DNA of 64,000 bases from Anolis carolinensis (GCF_035594765.1 NC_085845.1:143546897-143610896); one strand, 5' to 3'. Shown: positions 1 to 14,375, numbered from the stretch's first letter. A program made the numbers and translations. The notes: generated by a model not told the origin, from the sequence alone.

Positions 1-564
1 TTATGAATTTTTTTATATACGGCAAGAACATCACTACCTAGAACACAATGAACTTAATTCAAGTGCTTGTGAATGTCATCACATAAGGGCATGGTAGAAG
101 TTAAAGATGGATATATGATAGATGAGATAATGGGAATGTATTTAATTGCCTGTCAAGTAGGTCAAAAAGTTCTTAAAATGTCTTCAATGCCCATTCCCAC
201 TACTTTGAAAACTTGGGTTTCAAAAAGTTTAGCTCCCTTTTAAATGTATCACTGCTTCTTTAACCTCTTGTTCCTCCTACTTTTCCATTCGCTCTATGGA
301 TCTCAATTTCTTATTCACTTCTGCTCACAAATCAAATGCTTCCTTTTCTAAAAGAAACTTTGATATCTACGAAATGGTTACATAAAGTTACCCGTAGGAG
401 CTTGAAAGTGCCACAGTTTTGCTATCCATGACCCATTCCTGGAAGTATTTGAAGCAATGTGTAGGAGTAGACATGCAGCTACTCCACATATTAGTGTTTC
501 TCCATATAAAGGGCTACCACCAAGCATAAGCACATTCCATAGGAAATAACTGCACCTGGGGATG

Positions 565-700
565 GACGATAGCTCACAAGTAGATCATGTACTTAGCATA
601 GGTAGTGCACGCAGTTCCTAGAATTTCCAGGTGAAACAATAAAGACTAGAAAAGACCTCTGCCTTAGATGGTGGAGAGTGTCAGTTAATCTGGACCAGTC
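565..700 (+). mobile_element. Degenerate tRNA-derived SINE fragment (Squam2-like)
   Basis: Decayed A-box-like head 'gatagctcacaagtagatcat' and body 'aaaagacctctgccttagatggtggagag...ctggaccag' resemble squamate tRNA-SINEs. Confidence 0.4.
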
Positions 701-1683
701 TTCACAAAACCTTTACTTTCCAGGCATATTGGATACACATCCTCGCTTGATGGTTAACTGGTTCATCTCCAGATGCAGTTATTTTCTATGGAATTCACTT
801 ATGAAAAAATAGATTTACTCAATATCTAAAGACAGGAACAGAATTCAAAAAGATGTATCTAAACTTGAATATTGAGCAGAATAGCTCCATCGCATCATTA
901 TTGAGGACCATGGAACTACAAGGTACAGTAAGGGAGCTGTATCTTGAGAAACGGGGCAGGGAGGAGAGGGGGAACTGCCATCCCACCTCCTCAGACTGCC
1001 TGATGGTGATCCCAGATGTCTGCCTCCACAGTCCCCCATAAATGCAAAGATCTTGATCTTAAAGGAAGATGTGGATCTTTGTGGGTATTTTCCAACCCAG
1101 GTATACATTGATGTTTACCCCAGATTAATGCAACATCTACACTGGATTATCTGTCAGTGCAGATGGGCCCTTGCTAATTGGTGTGCTGTCTCTGTATGTG
1201 TGCTTAATGCTATATGTTTAACCTATTTTTATCATTTCATATCATTTTAACTTTGGTACTTCATTACTTTTTAACTTTAAAAAATATTGTAAGCCACTTT
1301 GAGTACTGAATGAGAAAAAGGTGGGATAAAAATTATTAACAACATAATAGCAACTGTTATTATAATCACCAGCACTATCATGTTAATTATGCAAAAAAAA
1401 AAAGAAGCTTGTTGCTGTAAAGACGGGTACTATGACTTGTAGTTCAATACAGTCATGTTTCCAAGCTCAGATATATACGCGTATACAAAACAAAACATGT
1501 TCAGATGTATCAGACCTTAATTTTTAATAGGTATCTTAAAGGACAGTTCACAAAACAGCATTTCTATTTTGTTTTACACTGTGGGTCAACTAATGCAGCT
1601 TTTAATACACTGATCCAGCAAGAGACCATCATTCTCATTGTAATCTGAAATATAATGCTGAACTAAAATCACTGGTAGAAACA

Positions 1684-1820
1684 TTTAAGCAGAGTCTGGA
1701 CGGCCATCTGTCAGGGCTGCTTTGAATGCGATTTTGTTGCTTCTTGGCAGGGGGTTGGACTGGATGGCCTGTGAGGTCTCTTCCAACTCTATGATTCTCT
1801 GATTTTCTGATTCTATGATT
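1684..1820 (+). mobile_element. CR1 LINE 3' end
   Basis: 'ggggttggactggatggcc...tcttccaactctatgattct' followed by (ATTCTATG)-type tail repeats typical of CR1. Confidence 0.88.
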
Positions 1821-2137
1821 AGGTATAAGTTTCCCCTTGACATTAAGTCTAGTCATGTCCAACTCTGGTTGGTGGTGCTCATCTCCATTTCTAAGCTGAA
1901 GAGCCGACGTTGTCCATAGACATCTCCCAGGTCATGTGGCTGGCATGACTGCATGGAGCGCCATTACCTTACCACTGAAGTGGTACCTATTGATCTACTC
2001 ACATTTGCATGTTTTCGAACTGCTAGGTTGGCAGCTAATAGTGGAAGCTCACCCCGTCCGTGGATTCAAACTGCAGATCTTCCGATCAGCAAGTTCTGTA
2101 GCTTAGTGGTTTAACCCGCTGTGCCACCGCAACCCCT
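1821..2137 (-). mobile_element. Sauria SINE, near full length
   Basis: On the minus strand: tRNA-like head 'gcggtggcacagcgggttaaacc', core 'gtgagtagatcaataggtacc' and ACCT(T)-type tail; homologous to the copies at 55929, 57621 and 61745. Confidence 0.9.
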
Positions 2138-3304
2138 GGTAGAAAATTTGGTGAATCTGAATTAAAAAAAATCCCCCCACCTTGAATTTGAATCAAGCCA
2201 CTATCCCAAACACCTCCTATCATAACCATTTTCAATTCATTTATGCTCTCATGAAAACAATATATAGATTTTGATTACATAATTATGATAAATTAAAACC
2301 TTATATTGAATATAAAGCATGTGTATTATGCGGATGCATGTGTAAATACATGTGTCCATGTTTTCACTCTCTAAGCCAAATACCAACTTTCTAGATGAGA
2401 GAAGATGTCAGTAGGCTTCATCTAGAGTAGTTCCTAAAACTACTCAAATCATTGAGTTTAATTTCAAGCTGTGGGTCAATAAACAAAGCTGTGCAAGAAA
2501 AAATATTAAATCCCAAACATAACTGGGCTGACTGAGACCAAGTCCAGACTGGATAAGATTGATCTAATTTACTTCCTAAGATCAGTAATTGGGGCCAATT
2601 TAGGCTGATTAAGATATTCAGATGTCAACAATAAATGGAGAGAAACCAAGATTGAACTTTCTAACATGACCATATAAAGAAAAGAGAATTGGATTTCATT
2701 CTCTGGCAGGTCTAATATGCAAACTTGGACCAGAATTTTAGCAGCACTTTCCTATCACCTTTCTGAGGTGTCACCATAATGTTATATAGTCAATTATCTG
2801 CAAGTCTAGCACAAATACATATAGCAACTCCAGGGACAGAGGGAAACAGATGCATCATTAGTTACACATCGTTTACAGTTGTAACAATTATTGTTGTTTT
2901 TACTGTTACATCTGATAATTAGTCAAAGTTAATCAATCAGAAGGTAAATCTGTACCAACAGTATAAGTACACATGATGCTATCAGAGAAATGGGGAAATG
3001 CACTTTGTTCCTGGTAAGAGTGGTAAACCTCTTTCATCCTGGGCAAGAGATTTTTTTTTAACAATTACAAAAATGTCAAAACATGTGTTTGTCAAGTTTA
3101 AAGAAATCTTGAAAAAGAGACTCTGGAACTGATGAGAATTGTCATAATTATTCTGTGCTAAAAAAAGGTTTTACACAGAAAACTGCAATTTTTGCATAAG
3201 AAACAGCATTTTTCTGCTGCACAAAAATCACATAAGAATGGTCTTCAAACACTGCATACGTTTTAAATACTTTCTTTCAGAAATAATGAATTAGCTGACA
3301 TTAT

Positions 3305-3900
3305 TTACAGCCTTACAATTCACCAGAAGGACCTCTGTCTTGTCTAGATTCAATTTAAATTTGTTTGCCCTCATCCAGTCTGACACAGCTGCCAAGCACT
3401 GGTTCAGGACCTGCATGATCTCTCCCAACGGCTTCATGTAAATATTAAATAACATGGGGAACAATATTGAGCCCTGTGGGACCCCACAGGATAATGGTTG
3501 CAAGGCCGAGCAGATGTCTCCCAGCAACAACTTCTTGGACCGACCCTCCAGGAAGTAATGGAGCCACTGCAAAACAGTGCCTCCGAGTCCCATACCTGCA
3601 AGGCTTCCCAGAAGGATTCCATGGTCAACAGTATCGAAGGCCACTGAGAGGTCCAGGGGAACCAACTGGAACACACTCCCCCTGTCCAGTTCCTGGCATA
3701 GATCATCTACTAAGGCGACCAAGGCTTTTTCGGTTCCATGTCCCGGCCTGAAGCCGAACTGTGCTGGATCTAGAAAATCAGTGTCTACAAAGAATTCCTG
3801 GAGTTGCGAGATCACCACACATTCCATGACTTTGCCCAAGTATGGGAGATTTGAAACTGGCTAATACTTCACTAATTGAGTGGGGTCCAGTAATGGTTTG
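3305..3900 (-). mobile_element. L2-clade LINE reverse transcriptase fragment with the YADD region deleted
   Basis: ORF 3291-3839 has RT motifs QFGFRPGHGTE, LDLSVAFDTVDH, GVPQGSIL and WMRANKFKLNLDKTE; a stop lies upstream and no YADD motif is present. Confidence 0.92.
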
Positions 3901-5194
3901 GATTGTCATACTCTCAACAATAAATAGTAAATAAAATACTTTAGGGCACAGACAGACTGCAAGTCCTATTGTCTATAGCTGATGCCTACAAATACAATAA
4001 TATTGGCACTATAACATTACTCTATCTGATTTGCTTACTTCTCAGTGTATTATAATAATAATTTTAAAACCCTACACAATAACAGTATCTTTCACAAGTT
4101 TTCAAAATCAGAAAGCATGTTATCCAAGAAGATTTCATTGTGCTAATGAGTATAAGCAGCAGAGTGTTAATGAAGTCTATGAAAGACAAGTATACAATAA
4201 GCAAGGTTAGTGGGATGCTTCTCAGCTCAATTTATGGTATTCATTTGCAATTTGATAAAAGCAGCATTCAAGTGTGTGTGTGTGTGTAAATACAAATATA
4301 TCATATGCAAATGAATGTATAATTTAGTTATTTCTGAAGTACAGCGTGGTTATATTAATTCTATTACTATTGAAAACATGGATGATCTCTTTTTATGCTG
4401 CGTTTTAACAGATGTAGCACCAAAACATTCAGACAGTTTGGTCTTCCAACTTATTTATTTAAACACAGTAAAATGGAATGCATAGAAAGTATGACTTCTA
4501 GTGCTTTTATACATATTTTATTCATTTCTATGCTTTATTTCAGTATTTTTATTGCTGGTGGCATATTATATATCCAGCTTGTGTACAGCTAGTCAAAACT
4601 GCAGTATAACTATAAATTATAGCTAAAACCAAAGCAACTATAAATATCTTCTATTGACTATAAATAATATCATCATGGCTATAAACAAAATAAAATGACA
4701 GACATCATTAATTATTAAGTGCCAAGGTGAATAAAAAAGTTTTCAATGTACAGCTAAAGAGTAATCAGGACTGAAGACTCAAACAAAAATAAAAGTATAT
4801 TGATGATAAATAGCTGTAGTAAGTTAAACAAAAAGTAAAGTAGAGTTAAGGATTCTCAACTCAGATCCAGCTTGGATTGCATTTGGCATCTAGCACACTA
4901 ACACTGCAGTCCTATACATTTAATCAGAAGTAAATGCCATTGACTTTAGTGGGACTTTTTCTTTAGTAAGGTTTTATGGAATTACAGTATAAAAGTCTGT
5001 TTACATTGCTAGTTTTTTCTGGATTTTTTTGGGGTTTTTTAAACCCTCTTTGAGCTGTCATAGTGAGTTGTGTAATCAGGAATCTGAGAAAAGACACGGT
5101 TCAGTTTGGACTCAAATATCTTTCACTTAGAATAGCTAGAGAAGCAGAATCTTTATCCTTGATACATGGAACTTGTGCTGTTATGTGGTGATTC

Positions 5195-5348
5195 CAGCTT
5201 AGATTTTTCTTGGCAAAATGTATTGAGAGTAGGTTTGCCATTTCCTTTCTCTTAAGCCAAGAGAACATGATATAACTAAGTTTACCCAGTGGGTTTCTAT
5301 GTCGGATTTACACTCTGGTCCAGTGCACAACCATATACAATACTGGCT
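5195..5348 (-). mobile_element. Old tRNA/CORE-type SINE fragment
   Basis: 'tttcttggcaaaatg...gtttgccatttcc...acccagtgggtttc...tactggct' resembles a common squamate SINE in reverse orientation. Confidence 0.5.
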
Positions 5349-5517
5349 TTGCATGGTACTTACAGTGTTCTAAAACAGTGAATTTTCTACTCTGATGTAA
5401 TATTTGCTGAACATACTTGTTTGCTTGGTAGTCTTTGGTCAAAGAACTCTAGCACATAAAACCAGGGATTTTTGAGGAATGTATGAGGGAAAGCCAGAAC
5501 ATCAAGCCTCACCAGTT

Positions 5518-5570
5518 AACAACAACAACAACAATCCAAGCACTCCCAACAGATGGCCAGCCAGCCTCTC

Positions 5571-5612
<42 letters not shown>

Positions 5613-5745
5613 TTTATTTTTATACCCCGCCTCCATCTCCCCGGGGGAACTTGGGGAGGCTTACAAATACAGAACAAACATACAATAACATCAAGTACTG
5701 AATAAAAACTCACAAATGTAAATTAAAAAGACATAAAATAAAGTC
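5518..5745 (-). mobile_element. L2-type 3' end with (AAT)n/(AAC)n microsatellite
   Basis: (AAT)n at 5571-5611 followed by 'tataccccgcctccatctcccc...aggcttaca', the reverse complement of the L2 terminal motif. Confidence 0.7.
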
Positions 5746-5771
5746 ACAATGATGTGTGTGCCTCATATCCT

Positions 5772-5910
5772 AGGTAAAGACAAAGGTTTTCCACTGACAT
5801 CAAGTCTAGTTATGTCTGACTCTGGGGGTTGGTGCTCATCTCTATTTCTAAGCTGAAGAGCTGGTGTTTCCCGTAGACACCTCCAAGGCCATGTGGCTGG
5901 CATGACTGCT
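5772..5910 (-). mobile_element. Sauria SINE 3' fragment
   Basis: 'aggtaaagacaaaggttttcc...ggttggtgctcatctc...ccatgtggctggcatgactgc'. Confidence 0.85.
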
Positions 5911-6570
5911 TAGTGCTTAGTCTTACTTTACAAGAATGAAATGAAAGAGTCAGCAAATTGTCAAGGGAGTTTGCCTTTAGCTACTCAGGGAGTCTTGGTA
6001 TGTTCTGAAGAATCTCCATGCTTCTTTGGGAAATTTTCAAAGCCAAAACCACAGAGAAAGACAGTGCTGTATGAACAATCTCAAACACAGATGTGCCCAA
6101 ATGTCAACGTTTTGTGAGACTTTTTAGATTTCTGTTATAAAGCACAGCTATCTGAGCTCCTGATTTTGGCTGTAACACAATTGGTCTTATCACTGTTGAA
6201 ATGTACTGCTATATGAAAGTTGGAAGGTGTGAATCGGCTGAATAATGCTGGGTTAGCAGACATTAGATAATAAAAGGGCAGGATCATATAACCATTGGAT
6301 TACAACTAATAAAATCAGTTGTGAATAATTTACTGATAATAGTCAAGGCTGGCTGTAATTGGTCTGTCATTTTTATCACTTCAGAATACAGTACATTCTC
6401 ATTAGGAAAATCTGCTGTTATAGGGCATTTTCTATCTGCCATAACTTGATTGATTACATCACTTAATATTGTAAACATCATAACATTTATCAGTAGAAAA
6501 TAAAGCAAGTATATCCAGAGTCTAAATTTTCTGAATGGATGTTTTTAAATCAATGTTTTATTGAAGGTTT

Positions 6571-6997
6571 AGGACCCTACCAAACAGGCCAAAAAATATG
6601 GGGCCTGTCACACTTTTACCTAAGGTGTCCAAATGATGTTGCAGGTAAAAGCGAATTAATTTGGAGCAAAGCAGGGAAGGCTATTCTGAAAATTACTATA
6701 TATCTAAATTCTCTGTAACAACGGTTCCCTGGAAAAATTGCTCCGGCCCCCTCTGGTCTCCTGGCACATCACTTCTACATGCCAGGAGGATGGAAGAACC
6801 ACCATAATGGCAGCCAATTTTTTAATTTAAAGTTTGTTTTGGGGGGCTTTGGGGTGGCTGGGTGCCATCCCAGAATGGCATCTAAATACTGCCCCCCTGG
6901 TAAGTCTGGGTTTTGTGGCTTTGTGTGTGAACTTAAAATCATGCCGAAGTAAGTTTTAAAACTTGCTTTAGTTTAAGTTATGTCTAGAAGGATCCTA
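6571..6997. mobile_element. PIF/Harbinger-like MITE (family also at 23247 and ~50950)
   Basis: Imperfect TIRs 'aggaccctaccaaaca' / 'tgtctagaaggatcct'. Internal blocks 'tctcctgg...ccaggagg' and 'gggtgccatccca' are shared with the reverse complement of 23420-23560. Confidence 0.6.
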
Positions 6998-8959
6998 AAA
7001 TGCTTATATCGAGATAACAGTTCTAAAGGATTTTTTTAAGTTGTTAGAGAAAGAAGGTGTGGAAAGAGAAAAGGGAATTCCAGGCCTAAAATTATAGAAA
7101 TCAAATGGTTTGAACAAACAAAACAAATAAAACACTGAAAGGGTGACTTTGATTAAATAAAAGAGAGTGGAGAGAAAAGCATTGTGGTTAATCCATTTTT
7201 ATTACTGAAGAACTGACCCAGTGAAATAATTGGGATTTACTTAAGTGATGGCTCCTGTTCTAGTCAGGAGATCTACTTTAGAGATGACTAAAATAATTTT
7301 AGTCCATTGAGTAGAAGTAATTTTTTTTAAAAAAAAACAAATAATTAAAAGAGTTTAATCACAGCATGACACGAGGAAGTCTTCCCAGAAGTGTTATCCT
7401 GCATGCTCCCCTTTTGTGCTGCACTGTCATATTTTGACATCGCTTCACATCTGGTCACTGGTCTCATCAATTTTGGAGGGTTTTTTTTGTTGGAGGTGGG
7501 ATCTCGGGTGAGTGTAGTGCAAACAATCATATTTGTGGCCATTTTGGGAGGTGTCAGCCAGTTTAGAGACACAAATTGCTGCAAGACCAGCAGAAAAGGG
7601 ACAAAAAAACTTTAGATATTTCTTTCAATTTTACCTAACAATTTCATTTGTTTTAAAAACATAGTACATAGCTGGCATTTGCAAATTTACAAGGATGATA
7701 ATTCAGTTCATAATATAACATAGGGTAAGTGTATGTTTAATGCTTAAGGGCTAGACATATTTAAAGGCACATATCACAGGATTCCTGAGAGATTTGTCTG
7801 CTTGAGTTCAAATTGCTGGATTTAGTTATACCTATGTACATTATCCAGATTTACTTGCTTTATGAAAAAATAATGTCAGCACTTTACAAATACATCAAGC
7901 TTTTCCTTTATTTTGTCCTTTTAAATAATCTACAGATGTGATTTTGATTTAAAAGTGAAAGTGAACTTTATGACTGCACATATAAGTTAATGGGCTAAGT
8001 AAATGAACAACCATGAAATATTTCAAATTTTCCCAATGAAACAATTCCCCAATAAATTTAGGGAATGTGTCTGTTTTCGTGTGAATGGCTGTAGAACAGG
8101 AGCAACCTTTGAACATCCCCTAGAAAATTATCCATTGCAATTTTATTTTACACAATTTACATTGAGTGATAAACATGCATAGCAGAACTTTGGATTAGTG
8201 CAACCATAGAAAGATTGTAGACCCAATCAAATGAATGGCTGTATTATGAAATGCGATGACCACCATAATAATGTTATTTCACACACGTAAACTGTGCTAG
8301 TGCAATATATCCTTGGGTGTAAGTTCTGTTGAGTTCAAAGCATATTAAACCGAGGCTGAAAGGCACAGAACTGCAGCTTACAGGATGATTCATTTGAAAA
8401 CATACTCTATGTGAACTGTTATATTAAAACACAACTACACCAAGATGTATCCAGTATATGAATGTTTTTATTTTGCTATGGAACACTGCCATCATAGTTC
8501 ATGTCTTCTGACTCAGTTGTTTCCCCTATCACTAATATAGTAAGGCTCTCATAACTATGGAACCCTTATCTGAGGTTTCAGCTGCACCCAGGGAAAACTG
8601 CCTTTCTAGACATTTTTAACACACTACGGGCAATTGCTTCCCTTGGAAGTTACTGTTGAGCTGAAGGATGTTAGGAAATGAACTCACAACAATGGTCATG
8701 CTGGGAACATATCCCTATGGATATGGGGTGTTGCTATAGTTTAAACCTCAATTGTACCTTGATAGTTTAAGATTAAGCATGTTACCTGAGACATCACTGC
8801 CTAAGACAATGTGAACAGAAATTCAATAACTGGTTTTTAAAAATTATTGTAAACACAGGTAGAATAATATTAGATTCAGTTACCATTTCATAATACAAAC
8901 AGAATGCTATTATCTAAATTGTTGATTCCACATTTATCTCCTATATGTATCTATCGATA

Positions 8960-10560
8960 TTTTGACCCTTCCTTTTTACTCTTTCTATCCGTCTTCTCCA
9001 TTTCAGATCCCATTTCTTCTTGATTTGGCCTGAGTGTATTTGATTCTTCTTTCCAGAATGCAGTTCTGGAACATGAAATCTGCTAAGTATTCAAACCATT
9101 TTTTGACTTTCCACTTTCTATGTTCTTTCCAACCCAAAGTCATCGTTGCTTGTCCTATATTTTATAATTTCCGCCCAATCTTTAATGTTTTCATACCTAT
9201 CTTCTTTCTGGGTGAAGAATTCTTTTTTATTCAACTCCAATTTATGCCAAATAAATTCTTCCATTTCTTTCTATACCTTGTTTTAGAACATTTATACTTT
9301 GTTACATTCCCATCACATATGCATGTAGGAGCCAATTTCTCTACATCTGTGCCAACATAATTTTGTGGTTGATTTAGTTATGTGAGCCAATTTAATTGGG
9401 GTTCTATACCATTTGGTCAGTATTTTCCTATGTGTTTCTCTGGTCCGTGTATACTTGATTTTTTTAAATTGAATTGATCCCGTGTTCAGTGTTTAACTCA
9501 TTACTATTCAGGTCCTCTTTCCATATCTTGGCCAATGTTTGTTTCAATTTATATTGTTTTCCAACCGATTTCTTGTACATGAAACCCATCAGGCCTTTAT
9601 CCTTTTCTAATTTCCACTTTAAAATTTGATCAGGTCTTTTTCTGGACCTTCCTTTTTCCTCAAGTCAATAATCCTTAGTTTCAACCCATTCCATAAAAGC
9701 CAGTTACATTGACCACAGTTATTCTTTATCTGCTCCTAATCTTTGATTATCCTGTCTGGGTTTAAGAGGTCTCTTATTGGTTTCATTCCATTTTGTTTTA
9801 AATTTGTTACCACTTTGCTGAATATTTGTTCCCTTTTATTGTCTAGAAACCCTATTGGGAGTACATATACTTTATTTATTGGAAGTTTGCCTTGTTATTT
9901 TTCCCAACACCCCATAGAGGAGATCATTAGGGCACCTTTAATATCTTTTAATGCTTTATTGTCCACCCATCCTTTTAAAAATATGCAATGATCCCATTCA
10001 TTTATTGTTTTTTAAATTTTTTTAAATTCTGGTCCATCTTCTTGAATTACTGGAGTCTAGTTTTAACAGTCTTGTTAATTGGCAGATCTCAAAATAGTAC
10101 TGTAAATTGGGTGCTCCCCATCCTTTACTCCTTCTGGGGAGTAAAATATTTAATTGGCAATTCTATTTTTGTTTTCTCCTGCTATCCAAGTTTTTATTGA
10201 GTTGTCCCATGTCTTGGTTGTTTTGTTGGAGATACAATATGGTAAAACTTGGAACAAGAATAAAAAATTGGGGAGAATCATAATTTTGACTATCTTAATT
10301 TTAATTGACACATCCCAATTCTACTTATTCCAGTTATGAATTTGATCATTTACTTTTTTCCATAGGTGATTATAGTTCAATTGAATTGTTTCATTTAAAA
10401 TTTTGGGTATAAAATTTGGATATACTGTATAATATTTTAATTTCTTCTCACCCAATTTTATGCCTGAGATAGCCTGTACTCCTTTTAACCCTTTCAAAAT
10501 CAGATTTTTATGTAGAATTTCTGATTGTTTAATGTTAAAAGGGAATTTGGTTTGTTATCA
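8960..10560 (-). mobile_element. L1 LINE ORF2 3' half, decayed
   Basis: Minus-strand translation gives 'IKIVKIMILPNFLFLFQVLP' and a C-terminal 'HRC..IGSYMHM*WECNKV' CCHC-like motif; T-rich plus strand; many stops. Confidence 0.85.
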
Positions 10561-11499
10561 GTAAATCCCAGTTGTGTTATCAATAAATCCCAACTGGGAA
10601 AGAAATGGCAACTTCAAGTCTTGCAATGACTTTTCCCTTCAGCCAACATAACCTAAATTCACCCTAAGCCAGTTTCAAGTTTACACCCAGCAGTTTTTTC
10701 CACCCTAGTCTCATCCCTAACTAATGAACTCATAATTGAACCTGTTAAATGTCAGTATAGAGAGAGCTTAAAAACACTTCATCCAAACAGAGTTTTAAAA
10801 AAGGAATGGGAAAATGTGATCAGAGGCACATAGTATCCCCAGGGCATCTACCATGAATCTACCATTGTTTGTGTGTATGTATATGTGTGTGTGTGTGTGT
10901 GTATCACTGTTTTAGCAAGTTTTTTGCCCTTCCTCAGTAGTTGAGAAGTAGCCTTTATTTTCCCCTAACCATAGAATAAACTAGAAGTTGAATCAACCCA
11001 CAAAATCCCTAGAACATTCCCTTGTGGATATAAGAAAGAGAAAAGAAAATCTCTCTCTAAACGCATTAACACTAATGCAATTATAGTGCTATTATCCCAT
11101 TTTAACTGACATGATTCCATTAAGGAAGGGGCATTTTGAATTCCTATCCAAAGCACTTAGTGACTCACCAGACTTCAAAACTCAGGTGTGGGCTGGAGAT
11201 TATAATATTGTTAACTTTTCCCCATCTAATATAACTGTAAATAGAATAGAATTTTGTTTAGCTTATTTGCAATTCAACAAATGCATCATTGCTTTTCTAC
11301 TACTTTCCCTATCTGTGTCTTTAGCTTTTTCTGCCTAAGGATGCTGGTAGCTCAACAAACTTCAAATCATACTATGTAGATGCATTGTAAAAGACGTGAC
11401 ACTGATAACAATGTTCTCTTGTTCCCAAAATTTTCACTTGTGAAGATTCAACACTACTGTAATATGTAGGATATGTTCTTCATGACTATTATACAAATG

Positions 11500-11639
11500 C
11501 ATGAAATACAATGCCTGATTTTATTTGTATCATGTAGTGGTTTTTGCAGTTTAATAAACCTTTAATGTTTTTTTTTTATGATAGAACCAATTAGGAAATG
11601 ATGTTTATAACCCAAGAACAAAAATTGTGTTACATAGTG
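11500..11639. mobile_element. DNA transposon terminus (Chapaev/CACTA-like end)
   Basis: Ends '...aaaattgtgttacatagtg' (reverse complement CACTATGTAACA); only one end recognised. Confidence 0.35.
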
Positions 11640-12161
11640 TTATCAATTGTACTGAGGATCAAGGCTAAGTTTTCCTGAGTTGTGTCAATGCAGAGGACAG
11701 ACTCTCTCTTTAGAAATGCTCTGGGGATCTAACGCTTTTGTGTTTACACTTACTGTATTTTTAGAATAAAGCTCTTTCATATGTTGAAAGTTTCCTGTCG
11801 CAGCTCATGATTTTTCTCAAGTACATATCATGCCCAGGTTGGTCACTGGGAGATAAATACAAGCTTAGCTTACAAATCTTAATGCTGAGGCATATAGCCA
11901 TGAGGATATCCTGTTCTAGTTAGTTGCAGGGAACATGCATTCTCCATAATATCTAGTTTGACCTTTTGCCACCTTATAGTCCCAAGGACCAGTTACAAAA
12001 TCTTAAAAACAAGTAGAGCAGAGATGGTTCATTTCATCCAGCTGCTGTTGTAACAAAACTGGAAGTTTGTATTGCTAGAGCTATAATTCCAGATAGAATA
12101 AAACCACTCATTTTGTCATCTGAACTACAAGGAGCACAGCATCTCCATAATAAGACTCTAC

Positions 12162-12416
12162 AGGTGTAGCCACACTACACATTTATAGTAGGTTGCTAAC
12201 AATTTAATTTTCATGGATGTTTCCTATGCATTTCTGGGACCTGTAATTGAAGGAGAGGTTTAGGCTTTTCTGCCAAAACACCCTAATTTGTGGTTCAAGA
12301 GAATGCTGGGAACATTTATATTCCTCACTAAACTACAATTCCAGCATTCCCTCAAAGGGAGCCAAGGTAGTTAAAGTAGTGTCAAACTGCTATAATCACA
12401 CCATGTGAACATCCCC
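12162..12416. mobile_element. Degenerate palindromic Harbinger-like MITE
   Basis: Right arm 'aaactacaattccagcattcc...gtagttaaagtagtgtcaaactgc' matches the copies at 28189 and 51992. Confidence 0.65.
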
Positions 12417-12966
12417 TACATAATTCATTGAGTAATACAGACTTCATTCTTTGGCTATACCGTGCTTGTATTCTGAGAAGCACACAGAGACTGTAAGATG
12501 TTTTTAATTGAGCCAGTCTGACCTTAAGATGGGGCAAATAAACTATTAAAATGATTTGTTTCTATTCCTGTGACAAGCTTATTTGTCAGTTTGGATCTTG
12601 TAATTCGTTCCAGCAATGCAGTTGAATATTGATTTCAGTGTGGTTGCTTGTATCTGAAACTTTGAACTAATGAGATGAAAATTCTTCTCAGCAGGACCAG
12701 TAACCTTATCTGGTGGGAGGAGACCTTGAAAAGGACCAAGGAAATACCCTTTCCATGAAGAACAGTTGGTTTAGTTACTACGTCGGCAGCCCTTGTTAAC
12801 ACGGCTTGTCATGAATATGTGCTTATAATTACTCCACTGCTGATGGTGCTTGCAGTAATACAGTAGTCAGTCAGTTAAGTAACGATAGCAGAGATGAAAA
12901 CTGCAAACTCAGCTGGAGGTCAGCGGGTTTTTTAAATTGTTTCATTCATTGTTTTCTTAATTTAAT

Positions 12967-13120
12967 AGGTAAAGGTAAACGTTTCCCCTGTCATTAAGTC
13001 TAGTCATGCCCAACTCTGTGGGCTGGTGCTCATCTATATTTCTAAGCCAAAGAACTGGCATTGTCCTTAGACACCTCCAAGGCCATGTGGTTGGCATGAC
13101 TGCATGGAGCGCTGTTACTT
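12967..13120 (-). mobile_element. Sauria SINE 3' fragment
   Basis: 'aggtaaaggtaaacgtttcccctg...ggccatgtggttggcatgactgcatggagcgctgttac'. Confidence 0.85.
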
Positions 13121-13944
13121 AATTTAATATCTTCCCTTTAATGTAATATTTCTCAATGCCTTCTCCAATGACTTGGATCTACTTCTCATCAAAGATGGTA
13201 AACCAGTGTCTAGAATACACTTGTCCATAATGCAGATGTGAACTATGCTGGAAGGTTCTCAGGAATTGTGGAAAGGTTATTCTACTGGCAAATGCCAGGG
13301 AAATATCTATGCATTTGCTATGTCAACTAAAGACTTCTTTGTAAAGGGAAGGGGTCATTAATAGAGCGTTGCTTATGCCACTATAGAAAAATGCTTGCAT
13401 TATATGCCTCCTGGAAAAAAAAATAAACTGACATAGTGAGAGTTCAACCCAAGATGGCTCTTCCTCCCCAGTACATAAGAATTGAAGGTTTTCTGATAGC
13501 CAGAAGTCTGAAAGAGGTCTATCAAAGATCAGATTTGGAAAATGGTGGAAACATTTATTTCAGAAAGTTAATTTGACATAAAATTATAGCAGTGTTTGCA
13601 CATTGTAAAGTGACCTGTGCTGGACTTTATAAAGACAGAGTCTTCATTGTGTTCAAAATCTGGTGGAGGATAGAACAGAAATACATTTCCTTCAACAAAG
13701 TTGGACAATTGATTCGCCAGCATGGCCTAATTACTATTGGGATTGCTAAGGATGAAAATTCTCCTTTGCTTTGTATGGAATGTTTAAAGATGGATGGTAT
13801 ACTGTCATTGGATCTCATTTTTATGCCCGAAGAAGCAATCCTTCCTTTAACCTACAGTCCTCTTATGTATATGTACCATAAAAACCTGAAAATCTTCTAG
13901 CATAGCACCACAGCAGGAAGTGAGAGGCAGTTCCAAAATGGATT

Positions 13945-14375
13945 TTGGCAGGTTCAGAGAAGGGCAATGGGGATGATGTGAGGTAGAAAGAACAGAATAT
14001 ATGATGAAATGTTGAAGGAGCTGGGCATGTTCAAGAAAAGAATGAAGACGGATTGCATTCTATACATGCCTCAAGCTGTCACAGAGAGGAAGCAGCAGGG
14101 TTCTTTTCTTTTGCCTCAGATGGCAGGTCTGGGTCTAATGGTTTTATGTTATAGAAGAACAATTTCAATCAAACATTAGAAGGAATATCTTGATGGTGAA
14201 GCATTTTAGCAATGAAACCAATTGACTAGAGAGCTGGTGAGTTCCCCTTCTCTGGATGTCTTCAAAAAGAGACTTGACAGCTACCTAATGGGGAAACTTT
14301 AGCTTAAGATCTGCCTTGAATAGGGAGTTGAATGCAGTGGTTCTTAGACCCTTTCAAATTATATGACTTTATGAA
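13945..14375 (+). mobile_element. Old CR1 LINE 3' fragment
   Basis: 'gttcagagaagggcaatggggatgatg...ttgaaggagctgggcatgtt...ccttctctggatgtcttcaaaaagagacttgacagc' with a decayed tail. Confidence 0.75.
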
